DNA of 64,000 bases from Pseudomonadota bacterium (GTDB taxonomy: Bacteria; Pseudomonadota; Gammaproteobacteria; Burkholderiales; Gallionellaceae), in contig JAJYLY010000008.1 of assembly GCA_021787435.1 (NCBI GenBank), positions 6,319-70,318 on the forward strand, given 5' to 3'. Made by a program: the position numbers and the translations under genes. Positions 38,678-51,034 of the stretch are shown here, in pieces. The number at the start of each line of letters is the position of its first letter. Position 1 is the first letter of the stretch. A model generated the notes under the pieces. That model ran no database searches. It had not been told where the DNA came from and worked only from the letters and a program-made list of their open reading frames with translations.

Positions 38678-38711
38678 CCCTGCCGTCGGTTTGCGTCGGC
38701 GGCGGGGTTTT
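38678..38711 (+). terminator. GC-rich hairpin + T4 between cbbS and cbbQ (putative partial terminator/attenuator)
   Basis: CCCTGCCG (38678-85) pairs with CGGCGGGG (38700-07) over 8 bp including one G-U, followed by TTTT at 38708-11. Confidence 0.5.
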
Positions 38712-38781
38712 CAGTGCATGGACCAAAGTGACTTGAAATCGGTTGCTTTCGCCCCTGTGTTGAATGTTAGACGGAGAACGT

Positions 38782-39588
38782 ATGAGCAACGATATCCTTC
38801 AGCAGTACCGTATCGAAAAAGAACCCTATTATCGCCCCGTCTCTGACGAAGTCGAGTTGTACGAGGCGACCTACAGCGTGCGCATGCCGATGATGCTGAA
38901 AGGCCCGACTGGTTGCGGCAAATCCCGTTTTGTCGAGCATATGGCCTGGAAGCTTGGCAAACCGCTGATCACCGTCGCCTGCAACGAAGACATGACGGCA
39001 AGTGATCTGGTCGGCCGTTTCCTGCTCGATGCGGATGGCACGCGCTGGCAGGATGGCCCGCTTGCAATAGCCGCGCGTTATGGTGCAATCTGCTATCTGG
39101 ACGAGGTTGTCGAAGCGCGTCAGGACACCACGGTGGTGATTCACCCCTTGACCGACAACCGCCGCGTTTTGCCTCTGGAAAAGAAGGGTGAGCTGGTCAA
39201 GGCGCATCCCGATTTTCAACTTGTCATTTCCTATAATCCCGGATATCAGAGCCTGATGAAGGATCTGAAACAATCCACAAAGCAGCGTTTCGGCGGACTG
39301 GATTTCAACTATCCTGAACATGGCATCGAAACGGAAATCGTCGCCCACGAAACGAATGTCAGCGCGGAAGTGGCTGACAAGCTTGTCTCCATTGCTGAGC
39401 GCGCCCGAAATCTCAAGGGGCACGGCCTGGATGAAGGCATCTCGACACGCATGCTGATCTACGCAGGCAGCCTCATTGCCACCGGTGTCGACCCGATCAA
39501 GGCCTGCCGCGTAGCGCTTGTTCGTCCGATTACAGACGATCCTGACATGCGCGATGCACTCGATGCCGCAGTGACCACATATTTTTGA
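38782..39588 (+). CDS. cbbQ: MoxR-type AAA+ ATPase CbbQ (RuBisCO activase subunit)
   Basis: [40 protein letters not shown] (Walker A), [10 protein letters not shown] (Walker B). 268 aa from ATG 38782. Confidence 0.9.
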   Translation: MSNDILQQYRIEKEPYYRPVSDEVELYEATYSVRMPMMLKGPTGCGKSRFVEHMAWKLGKPLITVACNEDMTASDLVGRFLLDADGTRWQDGPLAIAARYGAICYLDEVVEARQDTTVVIHPLTDNRRVLPLEKKGELVKAHPDFQLVISYNPGYQSLMKDLKQSTKQRFGGLDFNYPEHGIETEIVAHETNVSAEVADKLVSIAERARNLKGHGLDEGISTRMLIYAGSLIATGVDPIKACRVALVRPITDDPDMRDALDAAVTTYF

Positions 39589-39642
39589 TCATGCAGGGTT
39601 GCCTTGCGGCTCACCCTGCATGATGATTTGGGTAAAGTGACC

Positions 39643-41982
39643 ATGTCGATCAATCTTGAAGATTATCAGGAACTGCTGGCTGAGCTTTCGCCGGAATTGC
39701 AGAGCAGTCTGCATTCTGCGTGGCTCGAAGCCACGAAAGTTTTCAGCGCACGGGGACTGGACAACTATCTCAAGGGTGCTGCAGCGCTGAAGAGCCTGGG
39801 CAAAGGCGATGAGCTGATTGCCACCTGGATAGACCATGCACCGATGGTGGCCAAGGAAATCGGCGAGGATGCCGTCCCTGACCTTGTGCAAACCGCGCTT
39901 ACACTGGCATCCAAGACCTCCGCAACCGTAATCGAACTGGTCCTGACTACAGCACCGACTGCTGCCAACCGGCTGGGTGACGAACATCTGTTTCGCGCCT
40001 ATCTGCAATTTCTGAACACCCTGCTCTCGCAAGCGCCGCGCGGTGTTAGACCGATGCTGGAAAATCTGGAAATGCTGTTCAGCCAGCTAACACTGGGTGG
40101 TCTGCGCCGCTGGGCGCTGTGGGGCGCGCACGCGCATCGCACCAATTATCCCGAGCAGGCAAGCTATTTCAGCCTGCAGTCCAAAGAGTCGCAGGCGATA
40201 CTGCAGAAAGAACGCAAGGGTACGCTGTTCATCGATGTGCAGCGCCGTATCAACATGTATCTGCGCGCGCTGTGGGCGCGGGATTTTTTCATGAAACCCA
40301 CTTCCGGAGACTTCGAGACGCGTGAAGGATACCGGCCGTTCGTGGAAGGTTATTTTATCCATCTTCCCGACGCTTATGATGATTTCACCGTTGGCGAAAC
40401 CAAGCTGCCGGGTCTTGCGATGTATCGCGCCGCAGCCGCGCACAGTGCCGCACATATCGTCTACACCCGCGAACCGATTTCGGCCGAAGCACTCAACCCG
40501 CTCCAGATGGCTGTGATCAGCGTGATCGAGGATGCGCGCGTGGAAACGCTGGCGGTGCGCAAATTTCCTGGTTTAAAGCAGCTCTGGTCAGTATTCCACA
40601 CAATAGAATCGACCAGCGCAAAGTCTGCAGGAGATTATTTCAATCGTCTGGCGCGCGCGCTGCTGGACGAATCTTATCAGGACAACGATCCCTGGATTGT
40701 GCAGGGGCGGTTGTTGTTCAAGCAGGCGGCAGATCGCCTGGAAAACAATCAGGTGTCCTGGGATATCGGCGTGCAACTGGCCCATGAATTCATGAGCAAG
40801 CGCATCGCATTCAACCCCAGAAGCGATCTCTTAACCGCTCTCTATCGCGACGACAATCGCTATTTCTGGGAATTCAAGGAGTTTGATTTCGACAAGGCCA
40901 TGGCGGCAGGCTATGAAGCGCCCAAACAGGTGCGCAAGCATGTCAGCCTGATGGAGTTCGCCAACGAGATCGATGTCGAAAATGCAGGTGACGATGCGGA
41001 AGAAATCTGGGTGCTGGGCACCGAGCTGTTCCCCTATGAGGACCTTGGCGTCTCCTTTAATGAGATGGAAGGCAAGGAACCCGTCTCCGAACCCTATCAT
41101 TATTCGGAATGGGATTACCAGATACAGCTCGAGCGACCCGCATGGGCAACAGTGCTCGAAAAACGGCCAAAGATGGGTGAGTTGCAGCTGATAGACGATA
41201 TTGTTCATCAGCACAAGCGCACCATAGGTCGCCTCAAATTCTTGCTCGATGCGCTGCAGCCGCAGGGGGTGACGCGCATCCGCAAACTCGAGGATGGGGA
41301 CGAGGTCGACATCAATGCGGCGATTCGTTCCATGATAGACATACGCATGGCGCAGCAACCCGACCCGCGTATCATGATGCGGTCTGTGCGCAAGGTGCGC
41401 GACATTTCCGTGATGGTGCTGCTTGATCTTTCCGAGTCCACCAACGAAAAAGTGGCAGGACAGGATTACAGCGTGCTCGACTTGCAACGTCAGGCTACCG
41501 TGCTTTTAGCCGATGCAATACACAAGATAGGCGACCCCTTTGCGATACACGGTTTTTGTTCGGATGGCAGGCACAATGTAGAATATTTCCGTTACAAGGA
41601 TTTCAACCAGGCATACAATGACGAACCTAAGTCGCGTCTTGCGGGAATGAAAGGGCAGCTGTCCACGCGAATGGGTGCTGCCATCCGCCACGCGGGACAT
41701 TACCTGAACCAGCAGAAGTCGTCGAAAAAACTGCTTCTGGTGCTTACCGACGGGGAACCTGCCGATGTAGACGTGCGCGATCCGCAATATTTGCGTTTTG
41801 ACACCAAAAAGGCGGTAGAAGAATTGGCGCGTTCCGGCGTGAATACTTTCTGCATGTCGCTTGACCCCAGAGCCGACCAGTATGTGTCGAGAATCTTTGG
41901 GGCCAAGAACTATATGGTCGTCGATCATGTAGAACGTTTGCCGGAAAAACTGCCGGCACTCTATGCGGGACTGACAAGATGA
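39643..41982 (+). CDS. cbbO: CbbO (von Willebrand factor A domain RuBisCO activase adaptor)
   Basis: Large protein following cbbQ with a C-terminal VWA/MIDAS region (VMVLLDLSESTN ... LLLVLTDGEPADVD). Start likely ATG 39643. Confidence 0.85.
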   Translation: MSINLEDYQELLAELSPELQSSLHSAWLEATKVFSARGLDNYLKGAAALKSLGKGDELIATWIDHAPMVAKEIGEDAVPDLVQTALTLASKTSATVIELVLTTAPTAANRLGDEHLFRAYLQFLNTLLSQAPRGVRPMLENLEMLFSQLTLGGLRRWALWGAHAHRTNYPEQASYFSLQSKESQAILQKERKGTLFIDVQRRINMYLRALWARDFFMKPTSGDFETREGYRPFVEGYFIHLPDAYDDFTVGETKLPGLAMYRAAAAHSAAHIVYTREPISAEALNPLQMAVISVIEDARVETLAVRKFPGLKQLWSVFHTIESTSAKSAGDYFNRLARALLDESYQDNDPWIVQGRLLFKQAADRLENNQVSWDIGVQLAHEFMSKRIAFNPRSDLLTALYRDDNRYFWEFKEFDFDKAMAAGYEAPKQVRKHVSLMEFANEIDVENAGDDAEEIWVLGTELFPYEDLGVSFNEMEGKEPVSEPYHYSEWDYQIQLERPAWATVLEKRPKMGELQLIDDIVHQHKRTIGRLKFLLDALQPQGVTRIRKLEDGDEVDINAAIRSMIDIRMAQQPDPRIMMRSVRKVRDISVMVLLDLSESTNEKVAGQDYSVLDLQRQATVLLADAIHKIGDPFAIHGFCSDGRHNVEYFRYKDFNQAYNDEPKSRLAGMKGQLSTRMGAAIRHAGHYLNQQKSSKKLLLVLTDGEPADVDVRDPQYLRFDTKKAVEELARSGVNTFCMSLDPRADQYVSRIFGAKNYMVVDHVERLPEKLPALYAGLTR

Positions 41983-42281
41983 CACAACAAACTTATGTAG
42001 GTATAGACCAGGATAGCAATGCAGGACTGACGCATCTTGGCCGTATGGTGCGGGACGCCTGGATATTCGGAATTCTGCCCGAGACAGAAACCTGTGCGGG
42101 CTGGGATGCCTCGCGCATGCAGAATTTGTACGAGAAGGTGTATGCGGCTTGGGAACCCTATGCTCATCTACCCAGCCGTCTGCCCGAAGCCTTGCGTGAA
42201 AAGCACGCGCGCTTTTACGCTAATGCGATTGATAATGCGCGCGGAGAAGGATGGGACCCCGAGCTCGGTGATGACGATTAA
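41979..42281 (+). CDS. cbbN: small conserved-position ORF after cbbO (cbbN-like, function unknown)
   Basis: 100 aa with an ATGA start/stop overlap with cbbO. Position and size match my recollection of the fifth gene of the Nitrosomonas europaea cbbLSQON operon. No motif recognised. Confidence 0.55.
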   Translation: MTQQTYVGIDQDSNAGLTHLGRMVRDAWIFGILPETETCAGWDASRMQNLYEKVYAAWEPYAHLPSRLPEALREKHARFYANAIDNARGEGWDPELGDDD

Positions 42282-42688
42282 TCAGCGTTTGGCGCAGGGA
42301 ACTTAAGCACGCGCGCAAAACCGCTGAATCGCCATTTTTCAGCAAGTTCATTCAGTGCGCGGGGAAATTCGGCCTGCAGACGCGACATGATGTCAGCCGC
42401 ACCGGCTTGATAGTAAACAGCCTGATAGGCCACCGGTTCGTCGAGCGATATACGGTTTTGCGGCTGGAATTTTCGCCACGCGATGTCGATCCAGCATTTT
42501 CGTTCGCCGTCGAGGAAGATGAGCTCCTCCTCATCCAGAATGGCCAGGTATTGCATGGAACGAATCGGGATGAACAGGCAACCATTGATAGTTCTGGCAA
42601 GCAGGGTATGTGCCAGGTTATAAGTCGCGGCAGGCAGCGAGCGTGGCTCGCTGGCGATTTCAATGTCCCGGTAGCAGGTGATTTCCAT
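42278..42688 (-). CDS. hypothetical protein (136 aa), no family recognised
   Basis: Long ORF filling the gap between cbbN and purC. Its stop overlaps the cbbN stop by 4 nt. Its start is 23 nt from the divergent purC start. Confidence 0.45.
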   Translation of the reverse strand: MEITCYRDIEIASEPRSLPAATYNLAHTLLARTINGCLFIPIRSMQYLAILDEEELIFLDGERKCWIDIAWRKFQPQNRISLDEPVAYQAVYYQAGAADIMSRLQAEFPRALNELAEKWRFSGFARVLKFPAPNAD

Positions 42689-42711
42689 GGGTTTATTTTA
42701 CGAGAAATGAT

Positions 42712-44232
42712 ATGAAAAATGCACTCTTTCAATCGGACATCAAGAGTCTGAAATTGCTCAATCGCGGCAAGGTTCGCGACATTTACGAAGTGGACAAGGA
42801 TCATCTGTTGATCGTCACGACCGACCGCCTATCCGCTTTCGATGTGGTGCTGCCGACGCCGATACCCGGCAAGGGTGCGGTGCTGACCGCCGTCGCGAAT
42901 TTCTGGTTCGGCAGGCTTCAGCATATCATCCCCAACCAGTTGACCGGGATCGATCCTGCATCCGTGGTGGCAGAGAGCGAACGCGAACAGGTAATCGATC
43001 GCGCAATAGTCGTGAAAAAGTTGAAGCCACTGCCGATAGAAGCCATCGTTCGCGGCTATCTGGTGGGATCGGGCTGGAAGGAATACAAAAAGGAAGGCAG
43101 TGTCTGCGGCATTGCGTTACCCGCCGGACTCTGCGAAGCAGACAGGCTGCCGGAGCCGCTCTTCACCCCCTCCACCAAGGCGGAAATGGGCGCACATGAT
43201 GAAAATATCAGCTACGAAAAAGCAGAGGAGTTGCTGGGTAAAGAGCTGGCAGCAAAGGTGCGCGATGTTTGCATCGCGCTTTACAAGGAGGCTGCCGCTT
43301 TTGCATTGGACAAGGGCATCATCATCGCCGACACCAAGTTCGAGTTCGGTCAGGATGATGAAGGCAAGCTTTATCTGATCGACGAAGCGCTCACCCCGGA
43401 TTCTTCGCGTTTCTGGCCTGCGGATCAGTATCAGCCCGGCAGCAACCCGCCCAGTTTCGACAAGCAATATGTGCGCGACTGGCTGGAGGCGAGCGGTTGG
43501 AACAAAAAGGCGCCCGGCCCCGAATTGCCGGCAGATGTCGTTGCCAAAACCACGGAGAAATACCGATTGGCCTTAAGGTACTTGACGCAGAGCCATATCG
43601 AAAAGCTGGTCTCGGGCTATGTGAGGTTTCGCAAAAATACTTACGAAAAAAATCAGGCTCTGTTTGAACGTTTGACCAGACAGGGACAGTCTCCCAAGAC
43701 GATCGTGGTCGGCTGTTGCGATTCAAGAGTGGATCCTGCGATCGTGACCGATTGCGATCCTGGCGACCTGTTCATCATACGCAATGTCGCCAATCTGGTG
43801 CCGCCATTTGAGAAAAGCGGCAATTTTCACGGCACCAGCGCTGCGCTCGAATTTGGCGTATGCCATCTCGAAGTAGAGAACATCATCGTGCTGGGCCACG
43901 CCCAATGCGGCGGCATACAGGCGCTGTTAAACCAAGCAACGGAGACAACACAGCAAGATGGATTCATCTCCGGCTGGATGAATGTCGCAAGCCATGCGCG
44001 CAACCGCGTGTTGTCCAGAATGCCCGAAAAACCCATGGAAGAACAGGCGCGCGCCTGCGAGCATGAAGCAATCCTGGTGTCGCTGGACAACCTTCTGACC
44101 TTCCCGTGGATACTGGAACGGGTTGCAAGCAAGAAGCTGGCGCTGCACGGCTGGTATTTTGATATGGATCGCGGCGAACTGCTGCGATATAACCCGGCCA
44201 GCAACCGCTTCGAGGCGTTTCTGGTTCAATAG
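42712..44232 (+). CDS. purC: fusion protein: SAICAR synthetase (PurC, ~aa 1-295) + beta-class carbonic anhydrase (~aa 296-506)
   Basis: N-terminal part: [54 protein letters not shown], ending ..[11 protein letters not shown] as in long-type PurC. It continues without a stop into [15 protein letters not shown]...[18 protein letters not shown]...[12 protein letters not shown]...[13 protein letters not shown], which carries the beta-CA zinc ligands and the Asp-Arg dyad. Confidence 0.85.
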   Translation: MKNALFQSDIKSLKLLNRGKVRDIYEVDKDHLLIVTTDRLSAFDVVLPTPIPGKGAVLTAVANFWFGRLQHIIPNQLTGIDPASVVAESEREQVIDRAIVVKKLKPLPIEAIVRGYLVGSGWKEYKKEGSVCGIALPAGLCEADRLPEPLFTPSTKAEMGAHDENISYEKAEELLGKELAAKVRDVCIALYKEAAAFALDKGIIIADTKFEFGQDDEGKLYLIDEALTPDSSRFWPADQYQPGSNPPSFDKQYVRDWLEASGWNKKAPGPELPADVVAKTTEKYRLALRYLTQSHIEKLVSGYVRFRKNTYEKNQALFERLTRQGQSPKTIVVGCCDSRVDPAIVTDCDPGDLFIIRNVANLVPPFEKSGNFHGTSAALEFGVCHLEVENIIVLGHAQCGGIQALLNQATETTQQDGFISGWMNVASHARNRVLSRMPEKPMEEQARACEHEAILVSLDNLLTFPWILERVASKKLALHGWYFDMDRGELLRYNPASNRFEAFLVQ

Positions 44233-44258
44233 ATCATTTACATCAGGAGCAATTCAGC

Positions 44259-44780
44259 ATGGCAAAAAAGAAAACGGCGCCCAAAATACTGGTCGGCATA
44301 CTCACAGGCAGCCCCAATGACCTGCCCACGGTGGTCAAAGTGCGCGATACCTTGAGCGAACTCGGAATCGCCAGCGAAATCGTCGTGGCATCTGCTCATC
44401 GCACACCGGACAAGGTTTTAAACTATATTGAGCGCGCTCACAAGGAAGACGTGCAGGTGTTGATAGGTTGCGCAGGCGTTGCTGCGCACTTGGCCGGCGT
44501 CATTGCAGGCCATACCCGGTTGCCGGTGATAGGGCTTCCACTCTCCGGCGGCGTGATGTCAGGCCTGGATGCATTGCTCTCAACTGTACAGATGCCGCCC
44601 GGCGTACCTGTGGCGACCGTGGCAGTGGATGGCGCAAAGAATGCCGCCATGCTGGCTGCACGCATCTTGGCATTGAAATTTCCTGAAATCAACAATGCGC
44701 TGGACCTTGCCGCAAAAAAGGAACGCGCACGGTATGATCAGACTGCGAATGAGGCTCTGGCAAAACTGACTCAAAAATAA
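44259..44780 (+). CDS. purE: N5-carboxyaminoimidazole ribonucleotide mutase
   Basis: ASAHRTPDKV, GCAGVAAHLAGVIAGHTRLPVIGLPL, VATVAVDGAKNAA. Confidence 0.9.
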   Translation: MAKKKTAPKILVGILTGSPNDLPTVVKVRDTLSELGIASEIVVASAHRTPDKVLNYIERAHKEDVQVLIGCAGVAAHLAGVIAGHTRLPVIGLPLSGGVMSGLDALLSTVQMPPGVPVATVAVDGAKNAAMLAARILALKFPEINNALDLAAKKERARYDQTANEALAKLTQK

Positions 44781-44853
44781 ACGCTGTCATCCCAAGCCCA
44801 TCTGCCTGAACCGATCAAACGCGCAGGTTCAAGCGATGGGGGTTTTGGGGTGC

Positions 44854-46314
44854 TTATCTATCCTCACGGGCAAGATGAGTATGTTTAAGTGCGGATTTAC
44901 TGTGATAATAGGCTAGTTTGCGATGCACAACCCTGGTTGAATGCCTGCCTGCCAAGCGTCTGTAATGCGAAATTGGTCGGGCCGCCTGCAACCTTTGTTC
45001 CGGTTTGACATGTTCCCACTCGGCATTCCAGTTTCTCAGCGTACTGATGCTGACATGGTAGCGGCGCGCCAGCTTGTTTAAGGAATCGCCTTTGCGCACG
45101 ATATATCCTTCGCTCTCCGGCGTATTCAGACTGTCAGCTTGCAGATTCATATTGAAGGGTTGAAATCCATTTTCATCGGATTCCGCGCTGACGGGGACCA
45201 GCAGCGTCTCGTTGGTGCTGATACGCGCACGCGCTGATAAACCGTTAACGGCTTTTAACTTTTCAAGGGTGAGACCAAAACGCGGTGCCAAGTGATCTAA
45301 CCTCTCCCCCATCTTGGCATGATAGGCCTGCCAGCTGACTAATGGTTTATCGTACTTCTGAAGATTGCTTTGAAATGTATCAACCTTATCCACCGGCAAC
45401 AATATGTAATCGGTGTTGTCATGCAGTATCACAGGTCGGTTGTTTTCTGGATTCAGCGCGACGAATTCGTCCTTAGGAATGTCCGCCAACTGTGCGACGA
45501 GTTTGACGTCAATAGGTTTGCTGGTAGGAACTACGGCAAAATAAGGCTTGTTAGGAATGTCTGACAAAGTCAGGCCGTAGCTGGACGGATTGCTAACGAT
45601 ATTTTTAATTGCCAGCAGTTTAGGCAAATAATTGCGTGTCTCATCTGGCAGCTTCAGACTTTCATAGTCAACCGGCAAGCCTTTTCTGCGGTTTTTTTCC
45701 TGGGCGCGCTGCACTGCCCCCTCCCCCCAGTTATAGGCCGCAAGCGCCAAGCGCCAGTCGCCGAACATATCGTGCAGTTTTTCCAGATAATCCAGCGCAC
45801 TTTGCGTAGCACTGATGATGTTGCGCCTACCGTCATACCACCAGTTCTGCCTCAGGCCAAAATTTCTGCCGGTGGCGGGGATGAACTGCCAGATGCCGGA
45901 GGCGTTGCTGACAGAATGCGCGCTGGGGTTGAACCCGCTTTCTATCATTGGCAGCAGCGCGATTTCGCTGGGCATACCACGTTTTTCGACTTCGTTCGTA
46001 ATGTAATAAAGATATCGGCTTGCCCTGTCCATCATGCGTGCAAAATACTCGGGTTTGCTGGCATACCACTGTTCGTGTTTGGCGATCAAGGAACTATCCA
46101 TGGCCGGCATGGCAAAACCCTCTCTCAGGCGTTGCCAGATATCTCCCTGACTCAGCGGATCCTCCGGCAGGAGTGTCAACTGAACGTTATGAGCATTCGT
46201 GAAGGTCAGCGGTGCAGCATCCAGCGACTTACTCAGCGTGAGCTTATCTTCTGCATGTGCGTTAAGCGCAACTGTTGCAAACAGCAGTGTAAGAATCAGT
46301 TTGATCAATGGCAC
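44854..46314 (-). CDS. mltD: membrane-bound lytic murein transglycosylase D-like (SLT domain + LysM repeats)
   Basis: Lipoprotein or signal N-terminus, ESGFNPSAHSVSNASGIWQFIPATGRNFGL catalytic region, and LysM segments (YIVRKGDSLNKLARRYHVSISTLRNWN). Confidence 0.8.
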   Translation of the reverse strand: MPLIKLILTLLFATVALNAHAEDKLTLSKSLDAAPLTFTNAHNVQLTLLPEDPLSQGDIWQRLREGFAMPAMDSSLIAKHEQWYASKPEYFARMMDRASRYLYYITNEVEKRGMPSEIALLPMIESGFNPSAHSVSNASGIWQFIPATGRNFGLRQNWWYDGRRNIISATQSALDYLEKLHDMFGDWRLALAAYNWGEGAVQRAQEKNRRKGLPVDYESLKLPDETRNYLPKLLAIKNIVSNPSSYGLTLSDIPNKPYFAVVPTSKPIDVKLVAQLADIPKDEFVALNPENNRPVILHDNTDYILLPVDKVDTFQSNLQKYDKPLVSWQAYHAKMGERLDHLAPRFGLTLEKLKAVNGLSARARISTNETLLVPVSAESDENGFQPFNMNLQADSLNTPESEGYIVRKGDSLNKLARRYHVSISTLRNWNAEWEHVKPEQRLQAARPISHYRRLAGRHSTRVVHRKLAYYHSKSALKHTHLAREDR

Positions 46315-46517
46315 TAATCTGACCCTGTGAAATCGGAAAAATTATGCCATCGTAGCCGAGTTGCAGCTGACAGGTCAATGCAAATTCTGGCGTCAAGCCA
46401 TCGCGGAAATGACACCGTCAGAATTTCCCGTCAAGCCACGATTTGCTTTGCTCATAACACGCTCAGATAATATCATATGATCAATTAACGTGAAGACCCA
46501 CGGAAGCATTCATAAAA

Positions 46518-48479
46518 GTGCACCAAGGAGATGTAATGACATTAAGACGACAACTGCTGTTGATCATCCTGCTGCTGTTTCTTTTGATGTTCGCAGGCGC
46601 ATCAATCATCAGCGTGAACAATACCCGCCATTATCTTGTCGATCAGATGGGCTCATCTGCGCAGGATACGGCAACATCTCTCGGCCTTGCACTCTCGCCG
46701 CACATGAAGGAAAACGATCTGGAGACGATGAATTCGATGGTCGATGCGATATTCGACCGCGGCTATTATCGAGAAATAATCGTTAAATCCACCGATGGCA
46801 AATTGATGATTCAGCGAATATCGCAAGTCAAAGTGGAGGGTGTGCCGCAATGGTTCGTCAATCTCATTCCGCTCAACACGCCTCGCGCGAAGGCGCTCAT
46901 CATGTCCGGATCTCGGCAGACGGCAGTCGTCTATGTCAGCAACCGCCCGGGGTTTGCATATGAACAATTGTGGCGCAACAGCATCGGCGAATTGACTTGG
47001 TTTTCGCTGGTCGGATCAGGCGCGCTGATACTGGGACTCATCGTTTTGCATTTCATGCTTGATTCGCTACGCGCCGTCGAAGAGCAGGCCAATGCGATCA
47101 GCAACAGGGAATATCCGGTGCAGCAAAAGCTGCCTTGGACGACAGATTTGCGACGCGTGGTCGAGGTGATGAACAGGATGTCGATCCGGGTAAAGCAAAT
47201 GTTCCAGGAGCAAGCCGCATTGACTGAAAAGCTGCGCGCTGAAACGTACATGGATGCGGTTACAGGCTTGGGCAACAGGAATTATTTCAACACGCAAGTT
47301 GATTATCTAATCCATGAACCAGAAAAGTTCTACAGCGGCACGCTTTTCTTGCTGCTGCTGGATCGCTTCAAGGAATATAACAATCTACACGGTTTCGAGG
47401 CTGGGGATGAGATTCTGGTCAAAACCGCAGATATGCTGAGGGAAATCGAAAGGGACGCACCAGGTTGCGTGCTCGCGCGCATGTCGGGTGCCAGCTTTGC
47501 GCTGTTTATGCCCAATGTAGATCTGGAGGCATCCGAAGGCATGGCGCAGCGCCTTGTGGATGCACAACACCGGATCACAGGGGTTAGCACGTTTGATATA
47601 GGGCATGTTGGCGTCGCACTCTACCGAAAAGGGATGAACGTCGGCAAGCTTCTTGCAGAAGCAGACATGGCGCTGCGTTCGGCACAATCCAGGGGCGAAG
47701 CAGGCTGGCACAGGCGTGATGATGCCATTGCCAGAATGCCGCTTTTACATGGAGCAAACAACTGGCGCAACCACTTTAAAAAGGTTCTCGAAGAAAAGTC
47801 CATTTTGTTGGAGTTTCAGACGGCCATAAGCGCTTCAACCAGGGAATTGCTGCACCGCGAGGTCTTGCTAAGAATACCAGGAGGAGAAGGTGAGCTTCTA
47901 AATGCTGGTATTTTCATGCCCATGGCCGAAAACCTTGGATTTTCGGCTCAGTTCGACAGGCTGATCGTCGTGGAACTGTCCAAATTGATCGGCACTTCTA
48001 AGGACAAATTTGCAGTTAATCTGTCGATGCATTCGATACGCGATCAGAGTTTTGTCGCAACGCTGGAAGCAATTCTGCGCGCGCTGGGTACAAGGGCCCA
48101 ACAGCTGATGTTCGAGTTTCAGGAATATGATGTCGTGAACCATGTCGAGGCAGTTGGCGATTTCATCACTCGCCTGCAATCTCACGGTTGTGAATTCGGC
48201 GTTGATCACTGTGGGCGCGGGTTTGCTTCATTCAGCTATCTCAGAGACCTCAAGATACATTACCTGAAAATAGACGGCAGTTATATCCGGGATGTAGACA
48301 GCAACAAGGGCCATCAATTTCTGGTTCAGTCGATCGCAAAAATCGCCCACGAGCTCGATATATGCGTGATTGCGGAGGCTGTCGAGACAATTGCCGAGCG
48401 CGATATGCTCATGAGTCTTTATGTAGACGGATTGAAGGGCTACCTGATCGGCAAGCCGGAACACCTGACCGCAGCCTGA
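46518..48479 (+). CDS. LapD/MoxY-N periplasmic domain - HAMP - degenerate GGDEF - EAL-like c-di-GMP signalling protein
   Basis: The N-terminus (LLIILLLFLLMFAGASIISVNNTRHYLVDQMGSSAQDTATSLGLAL) is typical of LapD_MoxY_N. The GGDEF position reads SGASF. The EAL position reads EVL, with DHCGRGFAS in place of DDFGTGYSS. Confidence 0.8.
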   Translation: MHQGDVMTLRRQLLLIILLLFLLMFAGASIISVNNTRHYLVDQMGSSAQDTATSLGLALSPHMKENDLETMNSMVDAIFDRGYYREIIVKSTDGKLMIQRISQVKVEGVPQWFVNLIPLNTPRAKALIMSGSRQTAVVYVSNRPGFAYEQLWRNSIGELTWFSLVGSGALILGLIVLHFMLDSLRAVEEQANAISNREYPVQQKLPWTTDLRRVVEVMNRMSIRVKQMFQEQAALTEKLRAETYMDAVTGLGNRNYFNTQVDYLIHEPEKFYSGTLFLLLLDRFKEYNNLHGFEAGDEILVKTADMLREIERDAPGCVLARMSGASFALFMPNVDLEASEGMAQRLVDAQHRITGVSTFDIGHVGVALYRKGMNVGKLLAEADMALRSAQSRGEAGWHRRDDAIARMPLLHGANNWRNHFKKVLEEKSILLEFQTAISASTRELLHREVLLRIPGGEGELLNAGIFMPMAENLGFSAQFDRLIVVELSKLIGTSKDKFAVNLSMHSIRDQSFVATLEAILRALGTRAQQLMFEFQEYDVVNHVEAVGDFITRLQSHGCEFGVDHCGRGFASFSYLRDLKIHYLKIDGSYIRDVDSNKGHQFLVQSIAKIAHELDICVIAEAVETIAERDMLMSLYVDGLKGYLIGKPEHLTAA

Positions 48480-48518
48480 TGACTCTTACCTGCCCGTCAG
48501 CTCCGGCTTAAGTCAGCG

Positions 48519-51033
<2,515 letters not shown>

Positions 51034-51034
<1 letters not shown>

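Noticed and set aside
44791-44850. Bidirectional terminator between convergent purE and mltD (CCCAAGCCCATC ... GATGGGGGTTTTGGGG).
   Set aside because: The pairing is interrupted (5 + 6 bp with bulges and a 32-nt loop) and there is no clean U-tract on either strand. It is too weak to annotate.
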